Shown piece after piece: positions 51,031 to 64,000 of a stretch of DNA of 64,000 nucleotides. The notes under the pieces are model-generated. The model was not told the DNA's origin and made no database searches. It saw only the letters and a program-made list of their open reading frames with translations. The stretch is from positions 26,412,001 to 26,476,000 of the forward strand of contig NC_043001.1 of assembly GCF_006345805.1 (NCBI RefSeq). The letters run 5' to 3'. Within the stretch, counting starts at the first letter, position 1. Each line of letters starts with the position of its first letter. The DNA is from Octopus sinensis (Eukaryota). The position numbers and the translations under genes are program-made.

Positions 51031-51905
51031 TCCTATGATTTCTCAAAGACCTGTCACAGAGCAAATATTTGGTCACTTATGTAATCTATGGAAACCAGGT
51101 TAAACTCTGGCTTTATGGATTCTAGAACTCACAACAGACCTCAGAATAATGGCACATATAGTCTGTTTACAGACCAGAAATAAGTGGTAATATCACCTAT
51201 CTGTTACCATAACATAAACAGAACTTTAAATACCTTCTTTTAACCATATTTTAAGAATCTAACATAGTTTCTATTTCTGATTATGTGAAGGCTCATATCC
51301 TTGTGGCTAGGGTGTTGCCCTCATGACTACAAGATCATGGTTTCAATTCCTGGACTAAGTACTGCATTGCATTTTTCAGCAAAACACTTTATTTCCTGCT
51401 GCTCCACCCCACCCAGCTGTAAATGACTAACACTGTTCTGGACTGGTGTCCTGTACAGGGGGAATGTTGTAATCTCAATCAGTTATACACCATAGAAACC
51501 AGGTAAGTGACCCCATGATTCTTAGGACTCATGACAGTAATATCCAGGGGACTTACTACTACTGCTTCTAGTTTTGGTTGGTCAAATTAATTATTTGTCG
51601 TATGCTTTAAATCTGTTTCTATATCTTTTCTGGTACTCATTAAAGCAACTATAGTCTTTCTTCCTTTCAATCTCTCCCCCTCTTTTCTCTTATTCTCTCT
51701 ATTTTATTCATTTTGTGGCTCACATTTTCATGTTTTTTTTCTATTTCATTTCTTCACCTTTTCTCTGCTTCTTTTGCTTTCTAGATACTTATTTGACTTT
51801 ACCCAGACATAAACTAAGACTTAACTGACCTCCTGTTTATAGTATTACCTAGACATACAAACACATGTACACATACATATGTATATAATCACACTCATAT
51901 ATATA

Positions 51906-53167
51906 CAGGGTGTCCCAAAATTAAGGCAACCAACTTGTTTCAATGTGGTCAATATTGTTATATTTTGGATCCGAGTGTTGCAATGCAATGGTAAAGGAAA
52001 TACAATTATGACACTACCACATTTATTCAATATGACCACCTCTGTTTTGAATCACAGCCTTAAATCTAGGTGCAAATGTTTCACACACAGCATACAGTGA
52101 TCCTGGTGCAATTTTGCCTTCAGAGCATTGAGCAAAGCATGAAGAGTGCTTGAGACCCTCGTCTTCAAAATGGAGCATACAGAAAAATCCAATGGTTTGA
52201 GATTAGGGCTTCTATGAACAATGGAATGTTTTTTTCTGAAACCAGTGGTTTGAGATCAGGGCTTCTATGAATGATGGAATGTTTTTCTGAAACCAGTGTT
52301 GTGTTGAAGCTGTGGGAAGGTGCTAAGTCCTGCTGGACGCTCCAAGGTGTGCCTTGAAAGTATTCATTCACCCATGGAAGCAGTTCAGCTTCCAGAATGT
52401 ATCACTGGGTGTTAATTTTAACACCCAAGAGCACAAAAATGAAGGGAGACCTTCCAGTGGCTGTTACAGCTGCCCAAACCATAACTGACTGTGGATTTTG
52501 ATGTCGATTTACAAGTCTACCCTCAATGGAGTCAGATACATTCCAAAATCAGTCATTCTGGTGGATTACTGTCTGTTCGATGTCAAATTTCTTTTCATCA
52601 GTGAACATCAGGTTGGGCAGCAATCTGACAAGGGATAAGATGGCTTCTCTCAAGTCTAATGACCATATAAACTTGTGTGAGCTCATGATGGAGGATCATC
52701 TTGCAGGGGTGGGTCCTGAGATCCTCTCTCAGCACTTGATATATAGATGTTCGGCCTACTTTTGCTGCGACAGCCAGTTTTCTGACAGAACGATGAGAAT
52801 TTCGCTGTATCTTTCCACTGGTATTTTTGGTAAGCTGAGGGGTCCACACACTTTTTTTTGGCTACATCCAGGTCGATCAACAGTGGAATCAGTCTCTTTA
52901 AATTTCTTGACAATTTTCTATACTGTTGTTCATTTAATTTTAAGCTTTTTTGCTATAGCTGTATTACTTTTGCCTCCTTTATGGAAGGCTATGATTGTAT
53001 TTCAGTCTATAGTCATTATTGAATTTATAAATCTGAATTTATTTAGTCTGAAACAAAAAGAAGACACACTAAGCTTTTATAATGATGTATAATTTTCATA
53101 TTTTATCACATTTATTGATAGTTATGAAAGCTTGAAACTTCGGTTGCCTTAATTTCGGAACATCCTG
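51906..53167 (-). mobile_element. Tc1/mariner superfamily transposon (maT/DD37D-like), full length but inactivated
   Basis: TIRs CAGGGTGTCCCAAAATTAAGGCAACC / GGTTGCCTTAATTTCGGAACATCCTG with TA on both sides. Transposase motifs HTH, FSDEK, QQDLAPSH and SPDLKPLD carry stops and an internal ~53-bp duplication. Confidence 0.88.
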
Positions 53168-53357
53168 TAATACTTACATATACATACATAAATATCAATG
53201 AAAAATAATAAATATATATTTCGTTTTTGGATTTGGCTTGCAAGATTCTTTATGTGAGTTCGTGTGTTGAAGCATATTCTGTTGTGTCTGGGGAGAGTCA
53301 TTTTCTTTTTGTGCCTTAACACACACACAGGTAAAATTTCCACTTATTTCTTATTTT

Positions 53358-53767
53358 GGATCTTTTCGGTTTGAACGGCAGTTTTTTTCTAGCGGTGTCA
53401 TATGAAATTGTCACCCATAATTATGACCCTAGTATCGATCTATTGCATTTCAATCTGTTTTAGAGTTAGGGTTAGGGGTGGGGGGAAGGGTATCTTTTTT
53501 TCTTCAGAAATGTAAATAAACCCAATCTGTTTCTTAAACGAGGGACATATTCATATGGCACAGAATGTTTTCACCTCAATAGTCGTCATTGATTGGTTGA
53601 AATTGCAGAAAAAACAACAACAAATATCTTACAAACTATAGAATTTTCTCAATAAAGCCAAGAGAAAAAGATATTTTATAAACACATTCTACCAATATAC
53701 GAAGTTTAAAAGTGTTTAGTTACGTGGAAATTATTTTTAAAAATTGCCGGTCAAACCGAAAAGATCC
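53358..53767. mobile_element. Second copy of the GGATCTTTTCGG-TIR MITE
   Basis: Reverse complement of 42831-43232, nested between copies of the Penelope pLTR-like repeat. Confidence 0.8.
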
Positions 53768-54484
53768 GGATTTGGTTTGTAAGATTCTTTATGTGAGTTC
53801 GTGTGTTGAAGCATATTTGGGGAGAGTCGTTTTCTTTTTGTGTCTTATAATTTAACACACTAACCGGTAAAATTTCCACTTATTTTTATTTTCCTAAAAT
53901 TTTCGTTGAGTCTTGCAACCTTTTCAATAAGGAAAATAAAAATAAGAAAGAAGTGGAAATTTTACCGGTGATTGTGTTAAATTATAAGGCACAAAAATAG
54001 AAAATGACTCTCCCCAGACACAACAGAATAAATATATATATGTTGACCAAAACAAAAATACATCCACATTCAGATGAACGTGATCAAAAACTCTACAATA
54101 CAAACCTACCCAGATAAAAAGTCAAAAACTTAATACAAACAAAAGTTTATTTAAATAAAAGTAACCCTATCCCTCTTTTCTTCCCCTGCTTATTAGTTAA
54201 CTCTTCACCACGACCTCTCGTTTTATACCTCCTACCACCTCACAAAGTTTTGATTACACTAACAACTCCTACTCCCACTACCATCTTTATCTTCTCCCTT
54301 TGCTGAAATTTTTCTTGCGCTTCGAAATGTAAGCGACATCAAATCCACTGTCATAATGTCTTTCCCTTTCGTTACCAACCCGGCCGTAGCCGGCCGTGAT
54401 TTTCAGCACAAATCTCGTTAGTACATTCGTGAAAACACGTGATTTCACTTTGTAGCAGAAGAATTTCTCCGTTTTTGACGGGAA

Positions 54485-55090
54485 TTTTTCAGATCTCTTT
54501 TCACAGTGCTGCTCTTGGAATGGACCTGGAGCATCTTTTTAACCCGCCCCATCTTCCTCTCTCCCGACCAATTTTGGTTGAATTTGTTGGCATGATGATT
54601 TTTTGGAGTACTTACGCACTTAAAACTTTTCTGTAAAAAAAAAGTAAATATTTTTAGACGATTAGGTGTATGTTTTAAGGGAGATTTGGCTGTTGTTTCT
54701 AGCATATCCCATGACCGATGTTTAGGGTTCATAAATATCAAATTTTCAAAAAAATTTTTTCGATAGCATAAATGAGTTTATGCTTATTAATGTGGAGAAA
54801 ATATTGAAAAACATCAATTCTTGTCAGAGCGAGAAAGAAACGAGGAATGGAGTTGTGGGATATGCCAGAAAGAATAGCCAAATCTCCCTTTAGGCACACA
54901 CCTTTTCATCTGATTTTTTTTTTTTACCGAAAAGGCTTCTAAAGTTTTAAGTGCGTAGTCCCCCACCAAAATCAGTTCAGAGAGGGAAAGATGGGGAAGG
55001 CAGTGTTGTTAAAAAAAGCCATGTGTCGAAAAAATTTTTTTTGTTAAAAAGGTGCTCCAGATCATTACCGTGAAAAAAAATTTGAAAAAC
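54485..55090. repeat. ~600-bp fold-back element
   Basis: Arms GGAGCATCTTTTTAAC/GTTAAAAAGGTGCTCC, TACGCACTTAAAACT/AGTTTTAAGTGCGTA and GGGAGATTTGGCT/AGCCAAATCTCCC. Confidence 0.75.
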
Positions 55091-55959
55091 ATCAGTTGTC
55101 AAGTGGTGGTGAGGGAACAAACACACACACACACACATACATATGTGTGTGTGTGTGTGTGTGTGTGTCAGGCTTCTTTTAGTTTCCATCTGCTAAATCC
55201 ACTCAGAAGGCTTTGGTCAGCTTGAGGCTATAGTAGAAAACGCTGGTCCAAGGTACTATGCAGTGGGACTGAACCTGGAATCATGTGGAAGGGAAGCAAG
55301 CTTCTTACCACAGCCACCCCTGCACCTATATGTCAATGAATAAAAAAGTTATAGTTGTTTTATGAAACCAGTCTAAATCTCTCTATATATAAAGGGTAAA
55401 ATGTCTGTGTGTGTATCCTTTATACAAATCCACAATTTTTCAGTTAGAGGGCTCGCACTTTCTATGGTCATTCAAAACCGTCCAAGGGTGGTCGTGCACA
55501 TCTTTACATTTCCCCAGTCACCCCGCAAAGCCATTAAAAAATCAATAGAAGTGACTCTTTTGTGAATTTTCTGTCCAAAACCCAATCAAAATGCCTGAAA
55601 AGTGATACACCAATTGAATTTCCTAGCTGTATGTGATTGGTCGGAGATTTGGACAGTACTCGTTCATGATTATTTTAGAATTTAATTGAAACTCATAAGG
55701 GGTGTATTTTAGTTAGAAATATAGTAATGGAAGGGTTATGCGATTCAAAATGGATATTACCATGGTTGCAAAGCAGTCAGTCCACAGACATATTACATAT
55801 TACAGGTGTGGCTGTGTGGTAAGTAGCTTGTTTACCAACCACATAGTTCCAGGTTCAGTCTCACTGTGTAGCACCTTAGGCAAGTGTCTTCTATAGCCAT
55901 AGACCGATCAAAACCTTGTGAGTGGATATGGTAGATGGAAACTGAAAGAAGCCTGTCAT

Positions 55960-57064
55960 AGAGATTTAGGGATATCTTGACCGAGAAATTTGATGATAGG
56001 GAAGAGGAGCTAGTCCCATGACATAGAGGGCAGCTGGGAATTTCTGTGAGACAGCTTGCTGAGTGCCACAGACCAAATCTGTGGCTGGTGCAAAGTCTCT
56101 TCCAGACCCAGGGTAACATGGTGGTGGAACAATATTGTAGACAGGGCCATTAGAGCAAAGAAACAGGTCTGGAAGATTGGGGGTAGCAGGAGACTGTTTC
56201 AGAGGAAGCTAGGAGACAGATATATATAGCCAAGGCAGTAGCAGAAAAGAAGTTTGCCAATGTTCAGCGACATGAGGACCAAAGGACTGAAGTATTTCAG
56301 ATTGCAAGACAGTGCGTGAGAGAAAACCATGATGTCATAGGAGAGAAATGTGTCCGCAAGAATGATGGTGCCCTTGCGTTTAATGATTCTGCTAAGAAAG
56401 AGGCTTGGAGATACCATTATGAAAGACTGCCAAATGTGGAGAATGAATGGGAGAAGGTCTGTTGAAGGTTGACCTAATTGAAGGACCAGCTACCCGAATC
56501 GACAGTACCCTGGTAGTTAAAGCAATTAAGGATATGAAGACAGGGAAAGCACATGGCCCTTCAGGAATCACTGCTAAGATGCTTAAAATATCGGGCGGTA
56601 TGATCAAGCCAAAGATAAACCCCTATACTTGGCTTTTGTTGACTTGGAGAAAACCTTTGATAGGGTACCCTGATCCCTTATCTGGTGGTCAATGCAGAAA
56701 CTGGGAATAGACGAGTGGTTGGTAAGAGCTGTACAAGCTCAGTACATGGATGCTGTCAGTAAGGTGAAAGTTGGCAACGAGTATAGTGTAGAATTCCAGG
56801 CAAAAGTAGGAGTGCACCAAGGATCAGTCCTCAGCCCCCTCTTATTCATTATAGTCCTCCAGACAATAACAGAGGAATTCAAGACAGGCTCTTTTATGCT
56901 GATGACCTTGTTCTAATACCCAAGTTACCTCCAGAACTAGAGATGAAGTTTAGGGTGTGGAAGCAAGGTCTAGAATTGAAGGGCCTTAGGGTTAACCTAG
57001 CAAAAACCAAAGTCTTAGTAAGTAGGAAAGCTGAAAAATCACAAACTCCTTCAGGTAGATGGCC
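55960..57064 (+). mobile_element. Decayed RTE LINE copy with internal deletions
   Basis: Frameshifted EGPATRIDS..GKAHGPSGIT, LGIDEWLVRAVQA, GVHQGSVLSPLLF and GLRVNLAKTKV segments, homologous to the young ORF. Confidence 0.88.
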
Positions 57065-59005
57065 ACAACTACAATTTCCATTTGATTTTGATTTTGATGC
57101 ACTTAACTCAACAGGTCCCCTCAAGCACAGCATGTTGCCCTATGATCCAAGGTACTTTTGAGTGGGCTGGTTATGTAACACTGGTGTAGGTTACAGCTGT
57201 GAACTCATTTTATTTGCCAGGTCTTCTCAGCCACAGCATATCTCCAGAGATCTAGATCTTTTGTCATTACCTCTGTGAGACCCAACATTTGAAGGTCATG
57301 CTACCCCACCTCATCCCATGTCTCCCTCTATCCCAGATTCCTTCAACTGCTTGGGAGTGGCACTTCTTCCTACAGCTCTCCTTATCCATCTATAGTACAT
57401 GACCATACCAATGCAAGCGTCTCTCTTGCATGTCACATCTGATGCTTCTTATGTCCAACATTTTTCTCAGGGCGCTTACACTGTTGTGTGTGCACACTGA
57501 CATTACACATCCAGCGGATTATGCTAGCTTCATTTCTTTCAAGCCTACACGTCTTCAGCAGTCACGGCCCATGTTTCACTGCTGTGAAGCATGGCAGTTT
57601 GCATACATGCATCATACAATCTACCTTTCACTCTGAGTGAGAGGCCCTTTGTCACCAGTAGGAGTAGAAGCTTTCTGAACTTTGCTCAGGCTATTCTTAT
57701 TCTAGTGGTAACACTCTCTGAGTATCCACTCCCACAACAGACTTGGTCACCTAGATAGCGGAAGCTATCAACCACTTCTAGTTTCTCTCCCTGGTATGTG
57801 ATGGAATCTGTTTTCTGAGCATCTGTGGTGTTTATTGCCCCTATGCATCTGCTGCGCACACAAAAGCTATTTTCTTGGTTAATCTTCCTTTGATGTTGCT
57901 GCACTTCTTGTGTGCATAGCTTACACTGGGTACATCTTATGGAGTTTCTACCTACACCTTTTCTACAGATCGAGCAGGGCCACCTACCTGAAAGGGTGTG
58001 TGATGTGTTTGTCTTCCTATTTACTAGAACTTTGGTCTTTGCAACATTGACTCTAAGGCCCTTTGATTCTAAACCTTGCTGAAATTTCTTCTCTAGTTCT
58101 GGTAGCAATTCTGCTGAGGGCCAGATCATCAGCATAGAGGAGCAACCTGTCTTGAATTACTCTTATTGCCTGGAGGACTATGAATAAAAGGGATCTGAGG
58201 GCTGATCCTTGGTGGACCCCTACTTCTACCTGAAATTCTTCACTATACTCATTGCCAAGCCTAACCTTACTAACAGCATCTCTGTATAGGGCCTGTACAG
58301 CCCTTATTAACCATTCATCCATCCCCAGTTTCTGTATCGCCTACCAGATAAGGGATCAGGGGACCCTGTCAAAAGCTTTCTCCAAGTCCACAAAAGCCAA
58401 GTATAGGGGTATATTTTTGGCTAGGTATTTCTCCTGCAGTTGCTGTACCAGGAATATAGCATCAGTGGTGCTTCTACCTGGCTCAAAACCAAACTGCATC
58501 TCATCTAAGCAGACTCTCTCCCTAATTAGTTGGGCTATGACCCTCTCCATAACCTTCATCATCTGATCCAGCAGTTTGATATCCCTGTATTTATTTCAAT
58601 CTAAAGCATCACCTTTACCCTTGTAGCAGTTGACTATGGTGCTACTATGCCAGTCATTGGGTATGACTCCATCATGAAATACCTGGTTTACAATATGGGT
58701 GACTAGGCCATAGCTCACACCACCAGATGCTTTAAGCATTTCAGCAGTGATTCCTGATGGGCCGGGGGCTTTTCCTGGTTTTATACCTTTAATTGCATTA
58801 TCTACCAGGGTACTGTCTATTCGGATAGCTGGTCCCTCTACTGGGTCAACATTTGGCAGGCTCTCCTCCTCCCATTCATTCTCCACGTTCAGCAGTCTTT
58901 CGTAATGGCTTCTCCAAGCCTCTTTCTTTTCTGAATCACTAAAAGCAAGTGCACCATAATCCATGCGGGCACATTTCTCTCCTGTGACATCACAATTTTC
59001 TCTCA
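57060..59005 (-). mobile_element. Decayed RTE LINE copy with PHD finger and partial 3'UTR
   Basis: ORF-track pieces RENCDVTGEKC.., MKVMERVIAQLIRE..AFVDLEKAFD and WPCSICRKGVGRNSIRCTQCK. Confidence 0.9.
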
Positions 59006-59204
59006 TATCTATTTTATTATTAATTTAATTTACAAATGGTAAAGAATAGAATTGTTGGCTACAAATATACAAAAAGCAACTGCATTTCATATACAGGAAT
59101 GATCAGAGTACCTGTAATTCAATGCAGAACAAATATCTCAAGGGATTTAATTTACAAAGCACTGGACTGGTTTTTAGAAAAAAGTTTTCTCAATAATAAA
59201 GACA

Positions 59205-59545
59205 GGCGCAAAAGTGGCTGTGTGGTAAGTAGCTTGCTTACCAACTACATGGTTCCGGGTTCAGTCCCACTGCGTGGCACCTTGGGTAAGTGTCTTCTAC
59301 TATAGCTTCGGGCTGACCAAAGCCTTGTGAGTGGATTTGGTAGACAGAAACTGAAAGAAGCCCGTCGTATATATCTATATATATGTGTGTGTGTTTGTCC
59401 CCCCAACTTTGCTTGACAACCGATGCTGGTGTGTTTACGTCCCCGTAACTTAGAGATTCAGCAAAAGAGACTAATAGAATGAGTTCTAGGCTTACAAAGA
59501 ATAAGTCTTGAGGGTCGATTTCCTCGATTAAAGGCGGTAGTCTGG
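59205..59545 (+). mobile_element. tRNA-derived SINE (family B) with a CORE-like CCTTGGGCAAGTGTCTT segment
   Basis: GTGGCTGTGTGGTAAGTAGC head and GGTTCAGTCCC B box. Other copies at ~2640-3030, 4770-5190, 6730-7165, 18215-18345, 19805-20135, 20710-21115, 22360-22745, 48530-48680, 55155-55325, 55803-55960 and 63735-63870. Confidence 0.82.
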
Positions 59546-60321
59546 AATCACGTTTGTGATGCAAACTTCTTAATTATGGAACTATGTCAGTGCTTCATTT
59601 CATCTGTATTTTCCCTAAACTTGTTTTATATATATTCACATTAATGAATTATATATCAAATCTTAAAACATTAAATCACAATAACAGTAATGAGTAAAAT
59701 TGATGTAGAAATAGAAAAATGTAATAGATGAATATTAAATAAACGCAAGCATCTTTTTAATTAAAACTGTGCTTTATTTTCAAAATCCTCCACAGCGAAA
59801 ATTCATCATAAGATTCCAGAGGTTATATTGTTTCACAGTCCAGTTATCAATTTATAAAATGACAATGGATTAAAAAAAAAAAAAATTAATGTCTCTTATA
59901 CTTTGGCCAGAATTTTCTTATTCTTATTACATCTGAGAAATGTTTCTTGAAACTATATACCCTTTTGAAGAAGCAGAAAGACTTGGAAGTAAATATTTAA
60001 CAAAAGAAAAACTTCGTATCTCCTTTATGGCATTTTTTTGTCATTTCTGACAGAATTTTGACTTTGATTTATATTGGGAGAATGAATTTAACTGCATGAG
60101 TGTTTTCTTCTCTCATCAATTTTTAATTGGTAATGAACCCCAGAATTGACCAACTATCTGCTTACATATTACCATCTGGACGATATTCCCTTGTGAGGCT
60201 TTTTTTTTTTTCCTGATGAAATTTCTCTTTCTTTCTGTAGACAGGTACTTGCTCAGTTGTCTAAGAAATGGTTTTCACAAACCAACAATAATGTTGTTTC
60301 CAATCAGTGTGATTTGTAACT

Positions 60322-60552
60322 TTACTTTTTGCTTCCACCCCACAACCAACCTTTCATCAATTCACGAATACCACCAGTCTTTTGTTCAATCTTACCATCC
60401 AAGGACGGAAATGAAATATGATTGAGAGCCAGGTCAAAGAAAAGAGGTCTACAAGGAATGGGCTCAAATTCTGGGGGGAAGGTTACAAGTTTAGGATGTT
60501 TACTAACTAGTGATGGATCTTCAAAATACTGCTCAAGTCTCTCCATAAGAAG
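60322..60552 (-). CDS. SRP68: SRP68 terminal coding exon, LLMERLEQYFEDPSLV...WLWGGSKK*
   Basis: tttacag|CTT; contains FPPEFEPIPCRPLFFDLALNHISFP, the conserved SRP68 C-terminal (SRP72-binding) motif. AATAAA candidate at 59778-59773. Confidence 0.93.
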   Translation of the reverse strand, partial: LLMERLEQYFEDPSLVSKHPKLVTFPPEFEPIPCRPLFFDLALNHISFPSLDGKIEQKTGGIRELMKGWLWGGSKK

Positions 60553-61877
60553 CTGTAAATAAATAGAGAACATAAAATTACAAAAATAAACTAGAAACTT
60601 TTGTTTATAATTTAAATAAAATTGTAGCAAATACATGCAATGTATTATATAGTACTGAATATTTGCACTGAAGTGATATTTCACCCATAATTATGGGTAA
60701 TTTAACAAGGTTTTGCTAATTGTATTTCTGAGGTGAAGTGGTTTGATGGGTAAGGTGTAAAAAATATATTTATCATGCCTGTCAAAGCAGTAGGTATGGG
60801 GCTTGCTTTAATTAGTTATGTAATAAAAAATACATACATTTTATCTACAGAATATATTTTCTCAAATATAGAGTGTGGCATGTACTTTAGTAATACAAGC
60901 CAAATATTAATATCTTGCTTAGAAACCAGGACAAAAGTGAAAGAGAAGTAAAGTTACTTAGTAGATATGATATCTTATAAAAGTTGTTGCATTTAAATTG
61001 ACAAAAAATGTTTTGTTGTGCATTGGGTATCTTTAATTACCCTTGTCTGTCTCAGTCCTAGCAATTGCAGAAAATAGTAACTTGATCCCTGAAAAATGTT
61101 TCTTGAGATCAAGGGATAGATTTACCATTCATCTGATTCAGTCCAAGAAACCTAAAGCAGAAACTGCAACTTAGAGGCCCCAAGGACTTGAAAACATTTC
61201 CTAGGAATAATATAGTTGTCTGGACAGCTATTCATCCATTTTTTTGAATAAGGATGGGGGAAATATTTAACATTTCTAATACCTAACATATAAAGGAGAG
61301 TAAAGAATATAATATAAATTACAGTTTGACATTAATGTTTCTGCTGTTAAAAAAGAGAGCTAGTGAATAGCATATATAGTATTTTGGCTGTCCTTGTTTG
61401 TCCCCTCTATGTTTAGCCCATTGTGGGCAATAAAGAAGTAAGAAACTGAGTAGGTTGCTTTGTAGACTCTAACAGATGGAATCCATGACATAGGGAGAAT
61501 TTTCCATTTTATTTAGAGTGATACTATTAGTTTAGATAAAAAAGTTAACAAGAAGCCAACATAAAAGGCTTCAGAAAATATTGAAAAGAGTTGCAGTATA
61601 GCAAATAAATGAAATAACATTAACATATAGGCAAGGTGTGGCCATGAGCCAAGATCTAAACATCATAAGCAAACATAAAATCTGTAAAAGTGTGATCTGT
61701 ATACATCCATTAAAGCTTTCAATGTGTATTATAAAATTACATTAATTTAGAGTTTATGTAAAAATAAGAATCATTCAGAAAACAATAGTGTAATAAATAT
61801 ACAGAAACTGAAAGTTTTAAAGATTTATACTGAATAATGAGGGAGAAAATATAGAAAAATCTAATGGCCGTTTTTAC

Positions 61878-62003
61878 CTTCTTATTAGAGACAGCTTTCA
61901 CTGGTTCAGTAATTCCAGTATTCCCAAGGATACTTGAAGCATGGCAAGAATCCCTCATACAAGATGCTTCTTTTTCCAACTCTTCAATGTTCATTTTTTC
62001 ATT
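61878..62003 (-). CDS. SRP68: SRP68 penultimate coding exon, NEKMNIEELEK...AVSNKK
   Basis: cattag|AAT and AAG|gtaaaa; 126 nt, phase 0/0, in frame with its neighbours. Confidence 0.85.
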
Positions 62004-62481
62004 CTAATGAAGTAATATTGAAAATTTACAAATTTTTAAAAGCATGAGATGAAGATTTCAAAACTGTAAAAATTATACATGATCTGGAATTAAGTTTCAT
62101 TGTTAAAGAGTGACTACAAGACTAACAAATGGAAAAACATAGTTTTGATTCTTCTCTTTTTAAATCTAATCATTATAAATGATGTGCTTCCAATGTTGAT
62201 TTTTAGATAATGAACATCATATCTGTTTACTTCACCGCATAGAGAGCATTTTCAAAATTATATGTCTAAAATGAAACAAATAAATGATTGAAACAAATAC
62301 TATTTGGAAGTGGTCTGGAGTTCCAGGAAATGGTTTTTGACCAGAAGTGTTACGTACTCGATCAGGAGACGACAAAATTTATGTAACACTAAAATGTGAT
62401 ATAAAAAATGGAATGCATAAGCTTAAAACCTAATTTAAAAGATGTGAATCAAAGCGGAATAGACAAAACAAGACAAGTTAA

Positions 62482-62696
62482 CCCATTAGCATTCAGATTA
62501 CTCTGTCAAATGTATTACTTACATTGTTTTGAATTGATCATGCATTATCTGCATAGTGTCAGGATTTTGACGATGTAATTGTTTTATTTTTAGAATAACG
62601 TTGTAGGATAGGTGTGACAGGTGGTATTTGGTGAGTTTGAATATAAAATAGGTAGAAGATTTTTGACTGGATATGGCTGGCTTAGATGCTAAAGGG
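62482..62696. mobile_element. piggyBac-type MITE in an SRP68 intron
   Basis: TTAA|CCCATTAGCAT...ATGCTAAAGGG|TTAA. Related copies at about 29710-29925 and 32680-32830. Confidence 0.8.
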
Positions 62697-62943
62697 TTAA
62701 TCAGTTGTTACATCTAAAATGTAGAGTTAGTCATGCTATAGAGATAGTACATTCGAATCAAGTGTGTACAAAACCATGTGCTTGGATCACCAGAAGTAAT
62801 AGTATCTATACCTAAGAGACTTAATAACCAGGGAAAATGTGGCTACAAATGGCTAAGGAAAAAAAATCAAGACCAAGTAAATAGAGATCTGAAACTAACA
62901 CTAAACAACATTATAGTAGAAAATAAACTGTTGTTTGACTTAC

Positions 62944-63088
62944 TTTTATATTTAAGAATATTCCAGAGCTTTGCAGTCCGTTATAACCATCTAAAGCAAG
63001 AGCAATGTAGTGAAGTACTTTTTCATATAATGCTATTGATTCCTTCCATTTCTTATCCATAGAGTATGAAAGAGCAATGTAGAAAGTC
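62944..63088 (-). CDS. SRP68: SRP68 coding exon, (R)TFYIALSYSMDKKWKESIALYEKVL...LNIK; gene continues beyond the window end
   Basis: tttcag|G and AAA|gtaagt; 145 nt. Resembles the SRP68 RCFFIAQSY..KKWSEA..LYDRV segment. Confidence 0.88.
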
Positions 63089-64000
63089 CTGAAATAAATG
63101 CATTAAATATGAAAAAGGACTCTAAAACTTGATTTTTGGCATTTTTGTGAGAGAAAAATTAATATGAAAATGAAATTGCTTTCTGATAAGAAAAAATTAA
63201 CCATCACCAAGTGTAGAGAAGAGTGTGTGTGGCAGTAAATTCTTAGGGGGTCAGGTCTGAAATAGGTCACTAATGCACTCGTGAAAGACATAATTCAATG
63301 ATTGTTTTTCATTTTCCTTCCTCTAAATTTTGACATGCCATGCTTGTGTAAGAAGTCAATGTTATATACATTCCCTATTGAAATGGTTAAGGTACTAAGT
63401 TTGGGATTCTGATTTTAACATTTCCACAAACATTTTTCTTAGACCAATCATTTGAAATGTCATCTAACCTGCTCTATTTTATGATATGAACAGAATAAAA
63501 AAGTTAAAATACATGCAAAATTGGAAAAAGATAGAAACACAAAAATCATCATCATAAATGTTTTACATCCATTTTCCATACAAGCATGGGTTGGATGGTT
63601 TTTCTGAGGCAGTATTTTATAGCCAAAAGTCTTTCCTACTACCAACCCTGTCAGTTGCTTCCTATTTCACACAGTGTACCTATTCTTAAAAAGTTTTAGA
63701 ATAGGTACATACAAGATCTGCATATGACAAGCTTTTATACAGTTTCTTCCTATCAAATTTCACCTATAGACATTGGCTAATCCAAAGCTATAGTAGAAGA
63801 CACTTGTCCAATGTGCTGCACAGTGGGACTGAATCTGGAAACAAATATTTGTGGAGCACACAGCCATGCTTATGTCTATAAATGAAGATTATGGTGGCCT
63901 TAATGTAGTTTTAACTCAAATTTTAAGAAGGTTGTAGAAGTGTTTCCTTTTGCTAGTTTCACATAGAGACACAAAAGCTTAAATTTTTTTAGACTGAAAA

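Noticed and set aside
52526-53092. 188-aa plus-strand ORF
   Set aside because: It is the antisense frame of the maT-like transposase.

Overview
AT-rich, repeat-dense animal genomic DNA. The SINE/LINE landscape resembles Octopus (coleoid cephalopod), which is an inference from repeat families. Two host genes are well supported, both on the minus strand: a complete RPS2 (40S ribosomal protein uS5, 277 aa, non-coding 5'TOP exon 1 plus 5 coding exons) and the last three coding exons of SRP68, which continues past the window end. A probable third minus-strand gene starts near 26250, but no coding exon for it could be identified. Most of the rest is mobile DNA. It includes a young 5'-truncated RTE LINE whose 2.5-kb frame is open and carries a PHD finger inside the RT, two decayed copies of that family joined tail-to-tail, and many RTE 3'-UTR fragments. 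There is also a decayed HERO-like RLE retrotransposon, two Penelope GIY-YIG remnants (one flanked by ~460-bp inverted repeats), and a CsRn1-like Gypsy with 5' LTR and tRNA-Trp PBS. DNA elements include a maT/DD37D-like transposon, a fold-back mariner, and piggyBac-, hAT- and Helitron-type non-autonomous elements. Three tRNA-SINE families and many microsatellites are also present. The least explained feature is RPS2 intron 2 (3.8 kb, versus under 200 bp for the other introns). It holds a ~720-bp fold-back and two tandem copies of a ~680-bp module made of a GC-rich 200-nt hairpin and an exon-like open segment in the RPS2 sense orientation. Repeat boundaries are read by eye and are approximate unless stated.
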